Assembly: GCA_003282485.1 (NCBI GenBank)
Contig: QBZD01000003.1
Span: 6,953-70,952 of the forward strand
DNA length: 64,000 bases
Reading direction: 5' to 3'
From: Pelagibacteraceae bacterium AG-333-C14
GTDB taxonomy: Bacteria > Pseudomonadota > Alphaproteobacteria > Pelagibacterales > AG-422-B15
The notes below the pieces were generated by a model. It saw only the letters and a program-made list of their open reading frames with translations. It had not been told where the DNA came from and ran no database searches. Shown one piece after another: positions 45,538 to 54,757 of this stretch (position 1 is the stretch's first letter; every line of letters begins with the position of its first letter). Position numbers and translations under genes: made by a program.

Positions 45538-46344
45538 ATGAAAAATAATAATAAAAAGATTTGTAAAGACTGGTTTATAGAACTTCAAAATTTAATCTGT
45601 AAGGCAGTTCTTGAGCTTGAAAAAGAATATGGATCAACCGCTAAGTTTAAGGAGAATAAATGGTCAAAGGGAGAGTATAGAATTATTGAAGGTGATGTAA
45701 TTGAAAAAGGTGGCGTTGCATTTTCAAACGTAGTTGGGAAATTTCCAAAAGACTTTGCAAAGCAAATACCTGGCACTGAAAAAAATAATAATTTCTGGTC
45801 ATCAGGTGTTTCAGTGGTGCTTCATCCAGTAAATCCTAAAGTACCAGCACTGCACTTTAATACGCGTCATATTATTACTAGCAAAAGTTGGTTTGGAGGA
45901 GGAATTGACGCTACTCCATGCTTAGAAGATAAAATATTAAAAAAGAACTTTCACTCTAAACTTAAAAATACCTGTGATATGCACAGCAAGAGTTATTATC
46001 CTAAATATAAAAAATGGTGCGATGAGTACTTTTATTTGCCGCACAGAAAAGAAATAAGAGGCATCGGCGGTATTTTCTTCGATTACAAAATGGATAATTG
46101 GGATAATGATTTTGAATTTGTAAAAGACGTAGGATTAACCTTTGTAGAAATTATTAAAGATGTTGTTCGCAGAAAAATGTTTGAAAAATTCACAAAAAAA
46201 CAGAAAGAAATTCAGTTGTTGAAACGAGGCCGTTACGTAGAATATAATCTTTTGTACGACCGAGGAACTAAATTTGGACTAAATAGTGGCGGCAATATAG
46301 ATGCGATTTTAATGTCAATGCCGCCTAATGCAAAATGGAAGTAA
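45538..46344 (+). CDS. hemF: Oxygen-dependent coproporphyrinogen III oxidase
   Basis: EKGGV, HPVNP, WFGGG, RGIGGIFFD, RGRYVEYNLLYDRGTKFGL. Confidence 0.96.
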   Translation: MKNNNKKICKDWFIELQNLICKAVLELEKEYGSTAKFKENKWSKGEYRIIEGDVIEKGGVAFSNVVGKFPKDFAKQIPGTEKNNNFWSSGVSVVLHPVNPKVPALHFNTRHIITSKSWFGGGIDATPCLEDKILKKNFHSKLKNTCDMHSKSYYPKYKKWCDEYFYLPHRKEIRGIGGIFFDYKMDNWDNDFEFVKDVGLTFVEIIKDVVRRKMFEKFTKKQKEIQLLKRGRYVEYNLLYDRGTKFGLNSGGNIDAILMSMPPNAKWK

Positions 46345-46350
46345 ATAGAA

Positions 46351-46830
46351 ATGGATACAGAGCCAATTACAGTAGCAGGAGCAAAAAAACTTCAAGACGA
46401 ATTGAATGATCTTATTAACAATAAGCGTCAAAAGGTAATACAAGCCATAGCTGAAGCAAGGGAGCATGGTGACTTAAAAGAAAACGCTGAATATCATGCC
46501 GCCAAAGAAGAGCAAGGTCACATTGAAGGACGCATTCAAGAAATTCAACTTATGCTCTCTAATGCAGAAATAATAGATCTTGATAATATTCCAAAAACTC
46601 AGAAGACAGTTGTTTTTGGAGCAACTGTTGAGTTGTCAGATTTAGATGATGAATCTAAAACAAAATTTCAAATTGTTGGTGATGATGAAGCAGATATTGA
46701 ATCAGGCTTATTGTCCTATAAGTCACCTGTTGCGAGAGCACTTATTGGAAAAGAAAAAGGTGATTTTGTTACTGTGACAACACCAAAAGGTGAAAAGAAT
46801 TACGATATTAAAAAAATTGAATTTAAATAA
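46351..46830 (+). CDS. greA: Transcription elongation factor GreA
   Basis: AREHGDLKENAEYHAAKE, SPVARALIG. Confidence 0.97.
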   Translation: MDTEPITVAGAKKLQDELNDLINNKRQKVIQAIAEAREHGDLKENAEYHAAKEEQGHIEGRIQEIQLMLSNAEIIDLDNIPKTQKTVVFGATVELSDLDDESKTKFQIVGDDEADIESGLLSYKSPVARALIGKEKGDFVTVTTPKGEKNYDIKKIEFK

Positions 46831-46838
46831 AAGAATTT

Positions 46839-48071
46839 TTACTTTTGAGCCTGAACAATCGCTTTCAAGCGCTCTATAAGAGAAAACTTATCATCGATAA
46901 AGTCATTTTCGGCCCACCAATCTTCAACTTCAGACATTATTCTTCCAACCATTGGTCCCTGCTCTATCCCCATGTTTATAATGTCTTTGGGTGAAATTCC
47001 AAAATCAGGTTTGGTCCAGTTATCCGCAACTTCATACAACGATCTCCAGTTAACTTCGTTCTTATTTTGAGTATCTCGAGACCAATTTATTATAATCTGA
47101 TTTTGAAATTCAGTTTTACCAAGCTTATACAATAAGTAGCGAACTTCTTTCATTGAAAGGTATGAAACAATTTTTTTATTGAGACTTGATAATTTCAGTA
47201 ACTCTGTTGAATCTGTCTTGGATAATGGAAAGCTATTAATAAAATGGTTTGTTTTTTCAAGTGAGCTTCCTATAAGTGTGCTTAGCCTAATTATAGGATT
47301 GGGTACTGCGCCAATTCTTGATTCAATTTCAATTAAGTTTTTAAAGTTTTCATCCAGTAAAGCTCCTTCGAAATGAGTTTTTAATATTCCCGCACTCTCC
47401 ATCATATGAAGTGAATTATGAGGTGTTTTTAATTTTAAAATTTCTTTAAATTCATGCCATTTCCGTTCATTGGAGATATTCGATAAATGAGCATGATTGA
47501 CCGTAAATACTTTTTGTAAATCAGGATCAATATCGCTATTTTCAAAAAGTGCAAAGAAGCGAAAGTATCGAAGAATCCTAAGGTAATCTTCTTTAATTCT
47601 TTCATTTGGATCTCCAATAAAAATAACATTGCCATTCTTCAAATCCTCTTGGCCATTATAGAAATCGAATATTTTTCCGTTACTGTCGACATATAGAGCA
47701 TTAAAGGTGAAATCTCTTCTTTGAGCATCTTCCTTCATATCCTTGGTAAATATAACCGTTGCATGTCTGCCATCAGTTGAAATATCTTTTCTAAAAGATG
47801 TGATCTCATATTTTTTCTGATTTATAATTGCAGTAACAGTGCCATATTTCTTACCTACATCCACAGACTGAATATTATTTTGATCAAGCAGGTTAGTTGT
47901 TTCATCGGGAGTCAACGATGTTGCAAAATCAATGTCAGTAACATCTTTTTGCAAAATTGCATCTCTGATACAACCACCAACAAGAAAAATGCTTTTCTTT
48001 TTAAAAGTTTCGAAAATTCTGAATATTTGACTAACTTCTTCAGATGAGATTAGGGAAGAATAATTGCTCAT
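46839..48071 (-). CDS. cca: CCA tRNA nucleotidyltransferase
   Basis: VGGCIRD, DIDF, RRDFTFNA, EDYLRILR. Confidence 0.9.
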   Translation of the reverse strand: MSNYSSLISSEEVSQIFRIFETFKKKSIFLVGGCIRDAILQKDVTDIDFATSLTPDETTNLLDQNNIQSVDVGKKYGTVTAIINQKKYEITSFRKDISTDGRHATVIFTKDMKEDAQRRDFTFNALYVDSNGKIFDFYNGQEDLKNGNVIFIGDPNERIKEDYLRILRYFRFFALFENSDIDPDLQKVFTVNHAHLSNISNERKWHEFKEILKLKTPHNSLHMMESAGILKTHFEGALLDENFKNLIEIESRIGAVPNPIIRLSTLIGSSLEKTNHFINSFPLSKTDSTELLKLSSLNKKIVSYLSMKEVRYLLYKLGKTEFQNQIIINWSRDTQNKNEVNWRSLYEVADNWTKPDFGISPKDIINMGIEQGPMVGRIMSEVEDWWAENDFIDDKFSLIERLKAIVQAQK

Positions 48072-48089
48072 AGCAAGAGCATATTTATA

Positions 48090-48728
48090 TTATTTTAAAA
48101 TTTGATAAAGATTTATTAACATTCCTGCTGTTGCCCCCCAAATTCTATAGTTTTCGTAAGGTAAAACACTATAAACATAATCATATTTTTCATTACCATG
48201 ACTGTAAGTAGCACTTTCCTCCTGATGGTTATTTTTATTCATAAGAAATTCTAAAGGTAGATAAAAGACCTCATCTACTTCACTTTTATTAATTTTTAGT
48301 GACGAATAATCTTTAATTACAGAAACAATTGGTAATATTCTGAAGCCAGTTCCTGTTACGTAAACATCAAGGTTTCCCAACACTTCAACTTGTTCTCTGG
48401 AAAGCCCAACTTCCTCTGATGCTTCCCTTAGAGAGGTTTCTATAGGCGTTAAATCGCCTGTCTCAATTTTACCTCCTGGAAAACTTATTTGACCTGCATG
48501 ATCTTTAAGATTTGTAGGTCTTTTTGTAAGCAATATCTTTACATTGTCTTCTTCATAAATAATTGGCACTAAAACTGCGGACGGTATCAAATTGTAACTT
48601 TCTTTTTTAAGTTTTGCCAACGGATGATGCGCTCTTGTAATCAAATCATCAGTTAATTGGTCAAAATATTTGTGTGATATTATTTTAGGCCCTTTAAAAA
48701 GCTTTCTCAATTGAGAAATTTCGATCAT
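48090..48728 (-). CDS. CoA pyrophosphatase (Nudix, NudL/Pcd1-like)
   Basis: LLTKR...HAGQISFPGG...REASEEVGL, IWGATA. Confidence 0.9.
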   Translation of the reverse strand: MIEISQLRKLFKGPKIISHKYFDQLTDDLITRAHHPLAKLKKESYNLIPSAVLVPIIYEEDNVKILLTKRPTNLKDHAGQISFPGGKIETGDLTPIETSLREASEEVGLSREQVEVLGNLDVYVTGTGFRILPIVSVIKDYSSLKINKSEVDEVFYLPLEFLMNKNNHQEESATYSHGNEKYDYVYSVLPYENYRIWGATAGMLINLYQILK

Positions 48729-49306
48729 AAATCTTCTACTTTATGAATTTTAAAAATTTCCCCCTGGCTTTTTATCGCTAAGTACGGCACGCCATCAATT
48801 GGCATAGTCTCAGCTAAGTCTACTAATTCATAAAAAACTGATCGAGAAATAAGCGCTCTTAAATTATTACGAACTGTTATGTATGGAGAGGGTTCATCAT
48901 TTTTCTTTATTTCAATTGATAATGGATTCTCTTTTGAAAGAACAATTTTATCATTAAGATTGGTTCGAAAAGTTACTGTATTTATTCCTTCACTTTGCTC
49001 TTTTGTTATAGCTACCGCTACAAAAGGCGCGTCTTCAACTTGAATTCTTACTTTTTCAACTGGAGTAACCAAATAGTATGAATTGTCAGACTCTAATCTA
49101 AGAATACCTGAAAATAATTTGACCATGGCAGGTCTTTTAATTTCTGATCCCATGTAATACCATTTTCCAGATTTAGAAATCGTCATATCAATATCTCCAC
49201 AAAACGGAGGGTTCCATTTTTCAATTGGAGGAAGAGATTTCTTATTTGATTTACTGAAACTATAGATTGTTTCTATACCCTTCAAGTTTACTGGATCATC
49301 ACTCAT
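48725..49306 (-). CDS. DUF1285 family protein
   Basis: PPIEKWNPPFCGDIDM, LVTPVEKV..VEDAPF; conserved neighbour of the CoA Nudix gene. Confidence 0.85.
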   Translation of the reverse strand: MSDDPVNLKGIETIYSFSKSNKKSLPPIEKWNPPFCGDIDMTISKSGKWYYMGSEIKRPAMVKLFSGILRLESDNSYYLVTPVEKVRIQVEDAPFVAVAITKEQSEGINTVTFRTNLNDKIVLSKENPLSIEIKKNDEPSPYITVRNNLRALISRSVFYELVDLAETMPIDGVPYLAIKSQGEIFKIHKVEDL

Positions 49307-49315
49307 TATTTTTTT

Positions 49316-49804
49316 CTAAGTAAATTTATACTGCTCAATATCATTTATATTTATTTTTGTACCAATCAATTTTATCAAAACTTTATCCTTATCTACAGGA
49401 CCATAAAATTCTAAGTTCTTCTCAACTTTATTGAATTCAAATTTTGAATAATAATCTAAGTCACCGACGACAATTATAAAGTCATAAATATTGCTCAATT
49501 CTATTTTATTAATTGTGTATTTTACTAATTCTTTACCATGACCCTTGCCTTTTAAGGCAGGACTGACTGCTAGAGGGCCTAGTAAAAGTCCTTTAAATAA
49601 GTTGTTTATATACGTTTCACTGTAACTAATGCTTGCCGCAATTTTTGAGTCATTTAAGTAGACGTATGAAAATTCATCAATGAAAGGTCTTATTTCTCTC
49701 AAACGATATACAGATCTTGCTAATCTTCCTGGTCCAAATGCTTCATCCAGCAAACTAGATATATTTATTTCATCATCAGGTTTAGTTCGTCGAATATTTT
49801 CCAT
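49316..49804 (-). CDS. GNAT N-acetyltransferase (YhbS-like)
   Basis: AFGPGR, LLGPLAV...KGKGHG, VGDLDYY. Confidence 0.85.
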   Translation of the reverse strand: MENIRRTKPDDEINISSLLDEAFGPGRLARSVYRLREIRPFIDEFSYVYLNDSKIAASISYSETYINNLFKGLLLGPLAVSPALKGKGHGKELVKYTINKIELSNIYDFIIVVGDLDYYSKFEFNKVEKNLEFYGPVDKDKVLIKLIGTKININDIEQYKFT

Positions 49805-49876
49805 TATAAAACTTCTATTATTAGCTTATTTTCGTTATGATTTTACAATTAAAAATTACGAATTGGGAGATATATT

Positions 49877-50332
49877 ATGCTGACAGTTGATGTTAATGAA
49901 ATTGAGTCATACAAAGGCAAAGAAATGGGCCATTCAGAGTGGATGACTATAGATCAAGAAAGAATAAATCAGTTTGCTGAAGCAACTAGTGATCATCAAT
50001 GGATACATGTTGACGAAGAAAAAGCTCAAAAAGAATTGCCAACTAAAAGTACAATTGCTCATGGATTTTTAAGCCTTTCTCTTTCAGTGCCTTTGAGCGC
50101 TCAAGTATGGATTATCTCAGGCGCTAAAATGGTAATAAATTATGGCTTAAACAAAGTTAGATTCATTAACATGGTGCCCGTAAATTCTAAAGTAAGGATG
50201 TCAGCTAAAATAAACGAAGTTAACAAATTAGATAACGGTGGCACGCAAGTAATCAGCGAAGTATCCCTCGAAATTGAAGGTCAAGATAAGCCTGCTTATG
50301 TAGCTGAAACGATTATGGTTGCCTTTCCGTAA
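49877..50332 (+). CDS. MaoC family dehydratase (hotdog fold)
   Basis: FAEATSDHQWIHVD, TIAHGFLSLS, NYGLNKVRF. Confidence 0.92.
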   Translation: MLTVDVNEIESYKGKEMGHSEWMTIDQERINQFAEATSDHQWIHVDEEKAQKELPTKSTIAHGFLSLSLSVPLSAQVWIISGAKMVINYGLNKVRFINMVPVNSKVRMSAKINEVNKLDNGGTQVISEVSLEIEGQDKPAYVAETIMVAFP

Positions 50333-50336
50333 CTGA

Positions 50337-51185
50337 ATGAGTGATAAATCTTTTCCTGATCCTGATGCAATAATAATTGAAGAGAGCGGTGAGACAATTA
50401 AGCTCGTGACCTGGAACTTATGGTGGAAGTTTGAATCTTATAAGGAAAGAGAAAATTTAATTCTATCAGAGCTTCAAGAAACAGCCGCTGATATAATGTG
50501 CTTACAGGAAGTATGGGAAGAGGAAGATGAAAGCCAAGCAAAAATAATAGCAGACAAACTAGGCTACCAATATATTTATGGAAAATCTTTTGAGTTTGAC
50601 GGTGTTGCGTTTGGAAATGCTATAATCTCAAAATATCCAATACAGAATCATCAAATAATGATGTTTAAAGCAGACCCTAAGAAAGATGAGAAGAAATTAT
50701 TTATACATGCTGAGTTACTCTATAAAAACAGTATTACAATTAATGTCATATGTACGCACCTTAACTACAAATACGAGCATCAACCAGTAAGAGAAAGCCA
50801 AGTTACAGAATTAATGGAGTATATAAGCCATCTGCAAAAATCTAAATTTCCAGTTTTATTGTGCGGTGACTTTAATGCAGATCCTGAAAGTGATGAAATA
50901 AAAATGATCACTGGGCACAAAAAGCCCATCAATGAAACAGTTCTCAGAGACGTTTGGAACCTCACAAATATAGGTGAACCAGGTTATACATGGTCCAATG
51001 AAAATAAATGGGCAATGAAAACTCTAGAGTATGACCGAAGAATTGATTATATTTTTTCTTCAAAAGCAGGACCAAAAGGTTTGGGTCAACCTGTAAAAAG
51101 CTGCCTTATAGGAAATAAATCAAATGATATTTATCCCAGTGATCACTTTGGAATTTTAACTCATCTGGTAGGCATAAAAGATTAA
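50337..51185 (+). CDS. Endonuclease/exonuclease/phosphatase family protein
   Basis: TWN, LQE, THL, GDFN, RIDYIF, SDH. Confidence 0.9.
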   Translation: MSDKSFPDPDAIIIEESGETIKLVTWNLWWKFESYKERENLILSELQETAADIMCLQEVWEEEDESQAKIIADKLGYQYIYGKSFEFDGVAFGNAIISKYPIQNHQIMMFKADPKKDEKKLFIHAELLYKNSITINVICTHLNYKYEHQPVRESQVTELMEYISHLQKSKFPVLLCGDFNADPESDEIKMITGHKKPINETVLRDVWNLTNIGEPGYTWSNENKWAMKTLEYDRRIDYIFSSKAGPKGLGQPVKSCLIGNKSNDIYPSDHFGILTHLVGIKD

Positions 51186-51559
51186 TGAGTTTATTTATTT
51201 CAATATTTATTGGTGGTGGTATAGGGGCGCTTACTAGATATATTCTTATAGAACAAATTAATAAATCGTTTGTAAGTTCTTTTCCTTATGGAACTCTCAC
51301 AGTGAATGTTATAGGTGCATTTCTTATTGGTTTAGCATGGAGCTACTTCGCAGCTAAAATTAATATTTCTGATAATCTTAAAATGTTCATCACTATTGGA
51401 TTCTTGGGGGGCTTTACTACTTTCTCTTCTTTTAATGTGGATATTTTTGAGCTAATTCAGAATGGTAGTATTTTTATTTCAATTTTATATATAATTGGAA
51501 CGTTCGCTCTAACAGTTGGAGCTTTTTTCTTAGGAATGAGTTTATTACGAGTAGCCTGA
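51185..51559 (+). CDS. crcB: Fluoride channel FluC/CrcB
   Basis: GGGIGALTRY, PYGTLTVN, GFLGGFTTFSSF. Confidence 0.95.
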   Translation: MSLFISIFIGGGIGALTRYILIEQINKSFVSSFPYGTLTVNVIGAFLIGLAWSYFAAKINISDNLKMFITIGFLGGFTTFSSFNVDIFELIQNGSIFISILYIIGTFALTVGAFFLGMSLLRVA

Positions 51560-52111
51560 TTATTTATTTCTTTTTGAGATCATATATTCAGCGAGTCCAT
51601 CATAACCTTTTTCTATCATCATCTTTGCGGATCCGATATTTTGAATGTCGTCGAGAGGTTTTATCTGATGAGCTACCACTACCGTATTCATAAATTGTGC
51701 GGCACCGCATATTGAAATAATTTCTGAAATTACTCGTTCGTCGAAGCCGTATTGAAGTATTTGATCTACATCCTCATCAACTATTGATTTTATATCCACA
51801 TTGACTTTATGAGCCAGCTTCATAATTGGTTTGTACTTTTCTTCTATGCCAGCATTTTCAATATCTAGAAGTGGCTGTTCATCATTTGCGTCTCTTAATA
51901 ATTTCTTAGATATTTCAGCGTGAATATTTTTACAATATTGGCATCCATTGAGGCCAGATATGTAGGCAAAGATCATTTCTTTAATATAATTAGGCAGTAA
52001 TGTTTGTTGGCGCATTAAAGCCTCAAGGTATAAGACATAATGTGATTGATAACTCCAGTTATCTAAAAACACATCATATACAGATTTATATTTGTTTAAA
52101 AAGTTGCTCAT
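51560..52111 (-). CDS. Carboxymuconolactone decarboxylase/AhpD-like protein
   Basis: KEMI...SGLNGCQYC..IH CxxC motif. Confidence 0.8.
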   Translation of the reverse strand: MSNFLNKYKSVYDVFLDNWSYQSHYVLYLEALMRQQTLLPNYIKEMIFAYISGLNGCQYCKNIHAEISKKLLRDANDEQPLLDIENAGIEEKYKPIMKLAHKVNVDIKSIVDEDVDQILQYGFDERVISEIISICGAAQFMNTVVVAHQIKPLDDIQNIGSAKMMIEKGYDGLAEYMISKRNK

Positions 52112-52123
52112 ATTTTTTTTCCT

Positions 52124-52198
52124 TGGCTGGGGCGGGAGGATTCGAACCTCCGAATGCCGCTACCAAAAAGCGGTGCCTTACCGCTTGGCCACGCCCCA
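52124..52198 (-). tRNA. tRNA-Gln (TTG)
   Basis: TGGGGCGTGGCCAAGCGGTAAGGCA-CCGCT-TTTTGGT-AGCGG-CATTCGGAGGTTCGAATCCTCCCGCCCCAGCCA cloverleaf with encoded CCA. Confidence 0.96.
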
Positions 52199-52241
52199 AC
52201 ACTCATACATTATTTAGTTTAACAAATAGATTTTGCAATGA

Positions 52242-53078
52242 TTATATTATCCTAGCAAGACAAGTCCACCATTTAGGATGGAGTTTTTTGATTTTAGAGA
52301 CAGCCTCATTTGAAGTAGCTTCATCATTGTAACATCCAAAAAAAGCTGATCCGCTTCCTGTCATTCTAGTAAAATTACAACGTTCATCGCTTTCGAGAAA
52401 CTGCTTTACCATTCTTATTTCTTGATTAAGAGTTATAGCTGTCTCCTCGAGATCATTTGAGGTTTCTTGCAATATATCACTAATTTGTTTTTGGCCCTCG
52501 TAAAGGAAATTACTCTTACTCAATATTTGATGCTGCTCAAAAATTATTTTCGTACTACTTAAAATTTGTGGGTAAATTAGGAGAAAAATTTTATCTGAAA
52601 ATAATTTTATTCTTTTTTTAACAGAACCTGTGCCAGTAATTAAAGCTGAACCTTCTTCTAAAAAAAATTCAATATCAGAACCGAGTTCTTTTGCAACTAA
52701 TAAACATTGTGATTTTGATAAAGCACCCTCGCTCATTAAGTACTTTAGAATTTCGGCAACATTTGAGGATCCGCCTCCCAATCCAGAACCAACTGGTATT
52801 TGTTTATCAATAAGAATTGTGTAATTACTATGGTTGATAAAATTATTATCTAATAGGAATTGAAACAAAGTATGAATATTGCTTTCTTGACTTACTTGCG
52901 AGCAAAAGGGTCCTATAAATTTCACAGAAAAATCAGCTGCTGTATCAATTTTAATTTTATCGGAAATACTTATTCTTGTGATAATAGAAGATAAATCGTG
53001 ATAACCATTTTTAAGTTTTTTAATTACTTCAAGAAATAAATTAATTTTTGCGTATGATTGTAATGTATGCTTGTGCAA
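52242..53078 (-). CDS. ispE: 4-diphosphocytidyl-2-C-methyl-D-erythritol kinase
   Basis: AKINLFL, GYHDL, KQIPVGSGLGGGSSN, MTGSGS. Confidence 0.95.
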   Translation of the reverse strand: MHKHTLQSYAKINLFLEVIKKLKNGYHDLSSIITRISISDKIKIDTAADFSVKFIGPFCSQVSQESNIHTLFQFLLDNNFINHSNYTILIDKQIPVGSGLGGGSSNVAEILKYLMSEGALSKSQCLLVAKELGSDIEFFLEEGSALITGTGSVKKRIKLFSDKIFLLIYPQILSSTKIIFEQHQILSKSNFLYEGQKQISDILQETSNDLEETAITLNQEIRMVKQFLESDERCNFTRMTGSGSAFFGCYNDEATSNEAVSKIKKLHPKWWTCLARII

Positions 53079-53083
53079 TGATA

Positions 53084-54745
53084 TCAGATTCCTTTAAGTA
53101 GTTTTCTATGAATCTTTTCTTGAAGAGACTCATCAATATCCAGTTCTATTGCTTTTTTCCAATAATATCTCGCTTGTATTTCATTTCCAAGCATCCAAAG
53201 AACGTCTCCATAATGATCATTAACTGTGGGATCATAAGGCATCATATCAATTGAAAATTCAAGCAATGAAAGCGCATCTTCATATTGCCCAACCTTATAA
53301 TAATACCAAGCCAGACTATCAATAATGTAAGGATCGTTGGGCTTTAAAGAAATTGCCTTTTCAATCATTTCCTTAGCTGTAGATAAATTTTGATCCATAT
53401 CAATATAAGAATAACCTAAATAATTTAATACATCTGGCTGTTCTTCATAAAGTTCTAACGCATTGATAAAGTTTTGTTCAGCTAATTTCCAATTTTTTGT
53501 TCTTTCGTGAACTATCCCAATATTAAAAAAAACTTCCCACAAGTTATCTTTATCTAATGCTTCTCCTAAATCGAGTGCCGCTCGATACGACTTAATTGCG
53601 TTGTCCCAATCTTTTTCATATCGATAAAAATTTCCTAGTGATAAAAATACTTCAAAATTTTCTTCACTTTCTGAAAAAGTTCTTAAGTTATTGATAGCTT
53701 TTGCGCTTTCATCTTCATTACGATATGTTTCCGATATTTGAATTGCTGCAAAATGCCCTAGATAATGAGTTTTGGGTATTAAGCTTAAGATATTTCGAGC
53801 TTTATCTTGATCTTGCGTTTCGCTCAAGAATGTAGCAAATATATATTTTATCTCATGCATATGAGGGGATGTCTCTAAGGCCAATTGAAACAACATGTGG
53901 GACAATTCTTGATTAACATTTTTGATTAATGATTGTGCGTTGAACAAAACAATACCAATTCCCTGTAATGGATTCTGAATAATTCGATTATTATTGGATT
54001 TAGTAAACTTCTCTATAAAAGCATCATCATAATCAGACAAATATTCACTTACAAAATTATTTTTTTCTTCTAAAAGATTATTTCTATTCAAAAAATTTAA
54101 ATATAACTGCATTACATAAAGATCGTTTTGCATAGACAGTGATTGCTCATAAAAAATTTCTGCTAGTTCAATCTCATCTGCAAAGTCATATATGAGAGCC
54201 TTATGAACCAAGGTAAGATATTGATGATCATCAGATGATATCAGGTCGATCAGTGCCATGCTCTTATCAAGAGAGGGGCTATCAGCCCAAACCCAGGCCC
54301 TTAAAAGCCTAACAAAAGTGCTGTCTGATATTTCTCCTCTCCAGATACTGGCAAAGCTCTGATCAGCAAAACCTTTCTTGTAAGAGTTTAAATATGAAAT
54401 GCCATTTACGAGATGACCCTGAGGTGACTGATTGCTCATACAGCATGAGTTTACTTTTTTATCACAGCCTGCCTGAGCTAATTTAAATGAATAGTTATTA
54501 GCGCTGTACAAGTCACCATCTAAGATACTAAGTAGCAGTAATCGATCTAAAGCTAATAGATCATTTGGGTTGGATCTGTGTAATTTTTGATAATACCTTT
54601 TAGTTATTTTATAATCATTTGAATTACTTGATATATTTGCAACTAAATAATCACCGATTTTTGGTAAATTTGTTTTAGCGGCAGTCGCTGAGCTGAAAGA
54701 TAGAATAAATATAAAGATGAAAGAGAGTAATCTTATAATACTCAT
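53084..54745 (-). CDS. Secreted TPR protein
   Basis: Signal peptide; VLNYLGYS, IIDSLAW, DHYGDVLW; conserved ETF-QO/TPR/ispE order. Confidence 0.88.
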   Translation of the reverse strand: MSIIRLLSFIFIFILSFSSATAAKTNLPKIGDYLVANISSNSNDYKITKRYYQKLHRSNPNDLLALDRLLLLSILDGDLYSANNYSFKLAQAGCDKKVNSCCMSNQSPQGHLVNGISYLNSYKKGFADQSFASIWRGEISDSTFVRLLRAWVWADSPSLDKSMALIDLISSDDHQYLTLVHKALIYDFADEIELAEIFYEQSLSMQNDLYVMQLYLNFLNRNNLLEEKNNFVSEYLSDYDDAFIEKFTKSNNNRIIQNPLQGIGIVLFNAQSLIKNVNQELSHMLFQLALETSPHMHEIKYIFATFLSETQDQDKARNILSLIPKTHYLGHFAAIQISETYRNEDESAKAINNLRTFSESEENFEVFLSLGNFYRYEKDWDNAIKSYRAALDLGEALDKDNLWEVFFNIGIVHERTKNWKLAEQNFINALELYEEQPDVLNYLGYSYIDMDQNLSTAKEMIEKAISLKPNDPYIIDSLAWYYYKVGQYEDALSLLEFSIDMMPYDPTVNDHYGDVLWMLGNEIQARYYWKKAIELDIDESLQEKIHRKLLKGI

Positions 54746-54757
54746 GCTCGTCTAATT

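Noticed and set aside
51100-51185. Fluoride riboswitch upstream of crcB
   Set aside because: crcB overlaps the EEP stop codon (TAATG); no intergenic space or riboswitch motif seen.
37068-53078. Inversion separating ispE-tRNA-Gln from prs-rplY-pth-ychF
   Set aside because: lgt-MidA-pgeF-prs is the normal alphaproteobacterial context, and no breakpoint repeats were seen.
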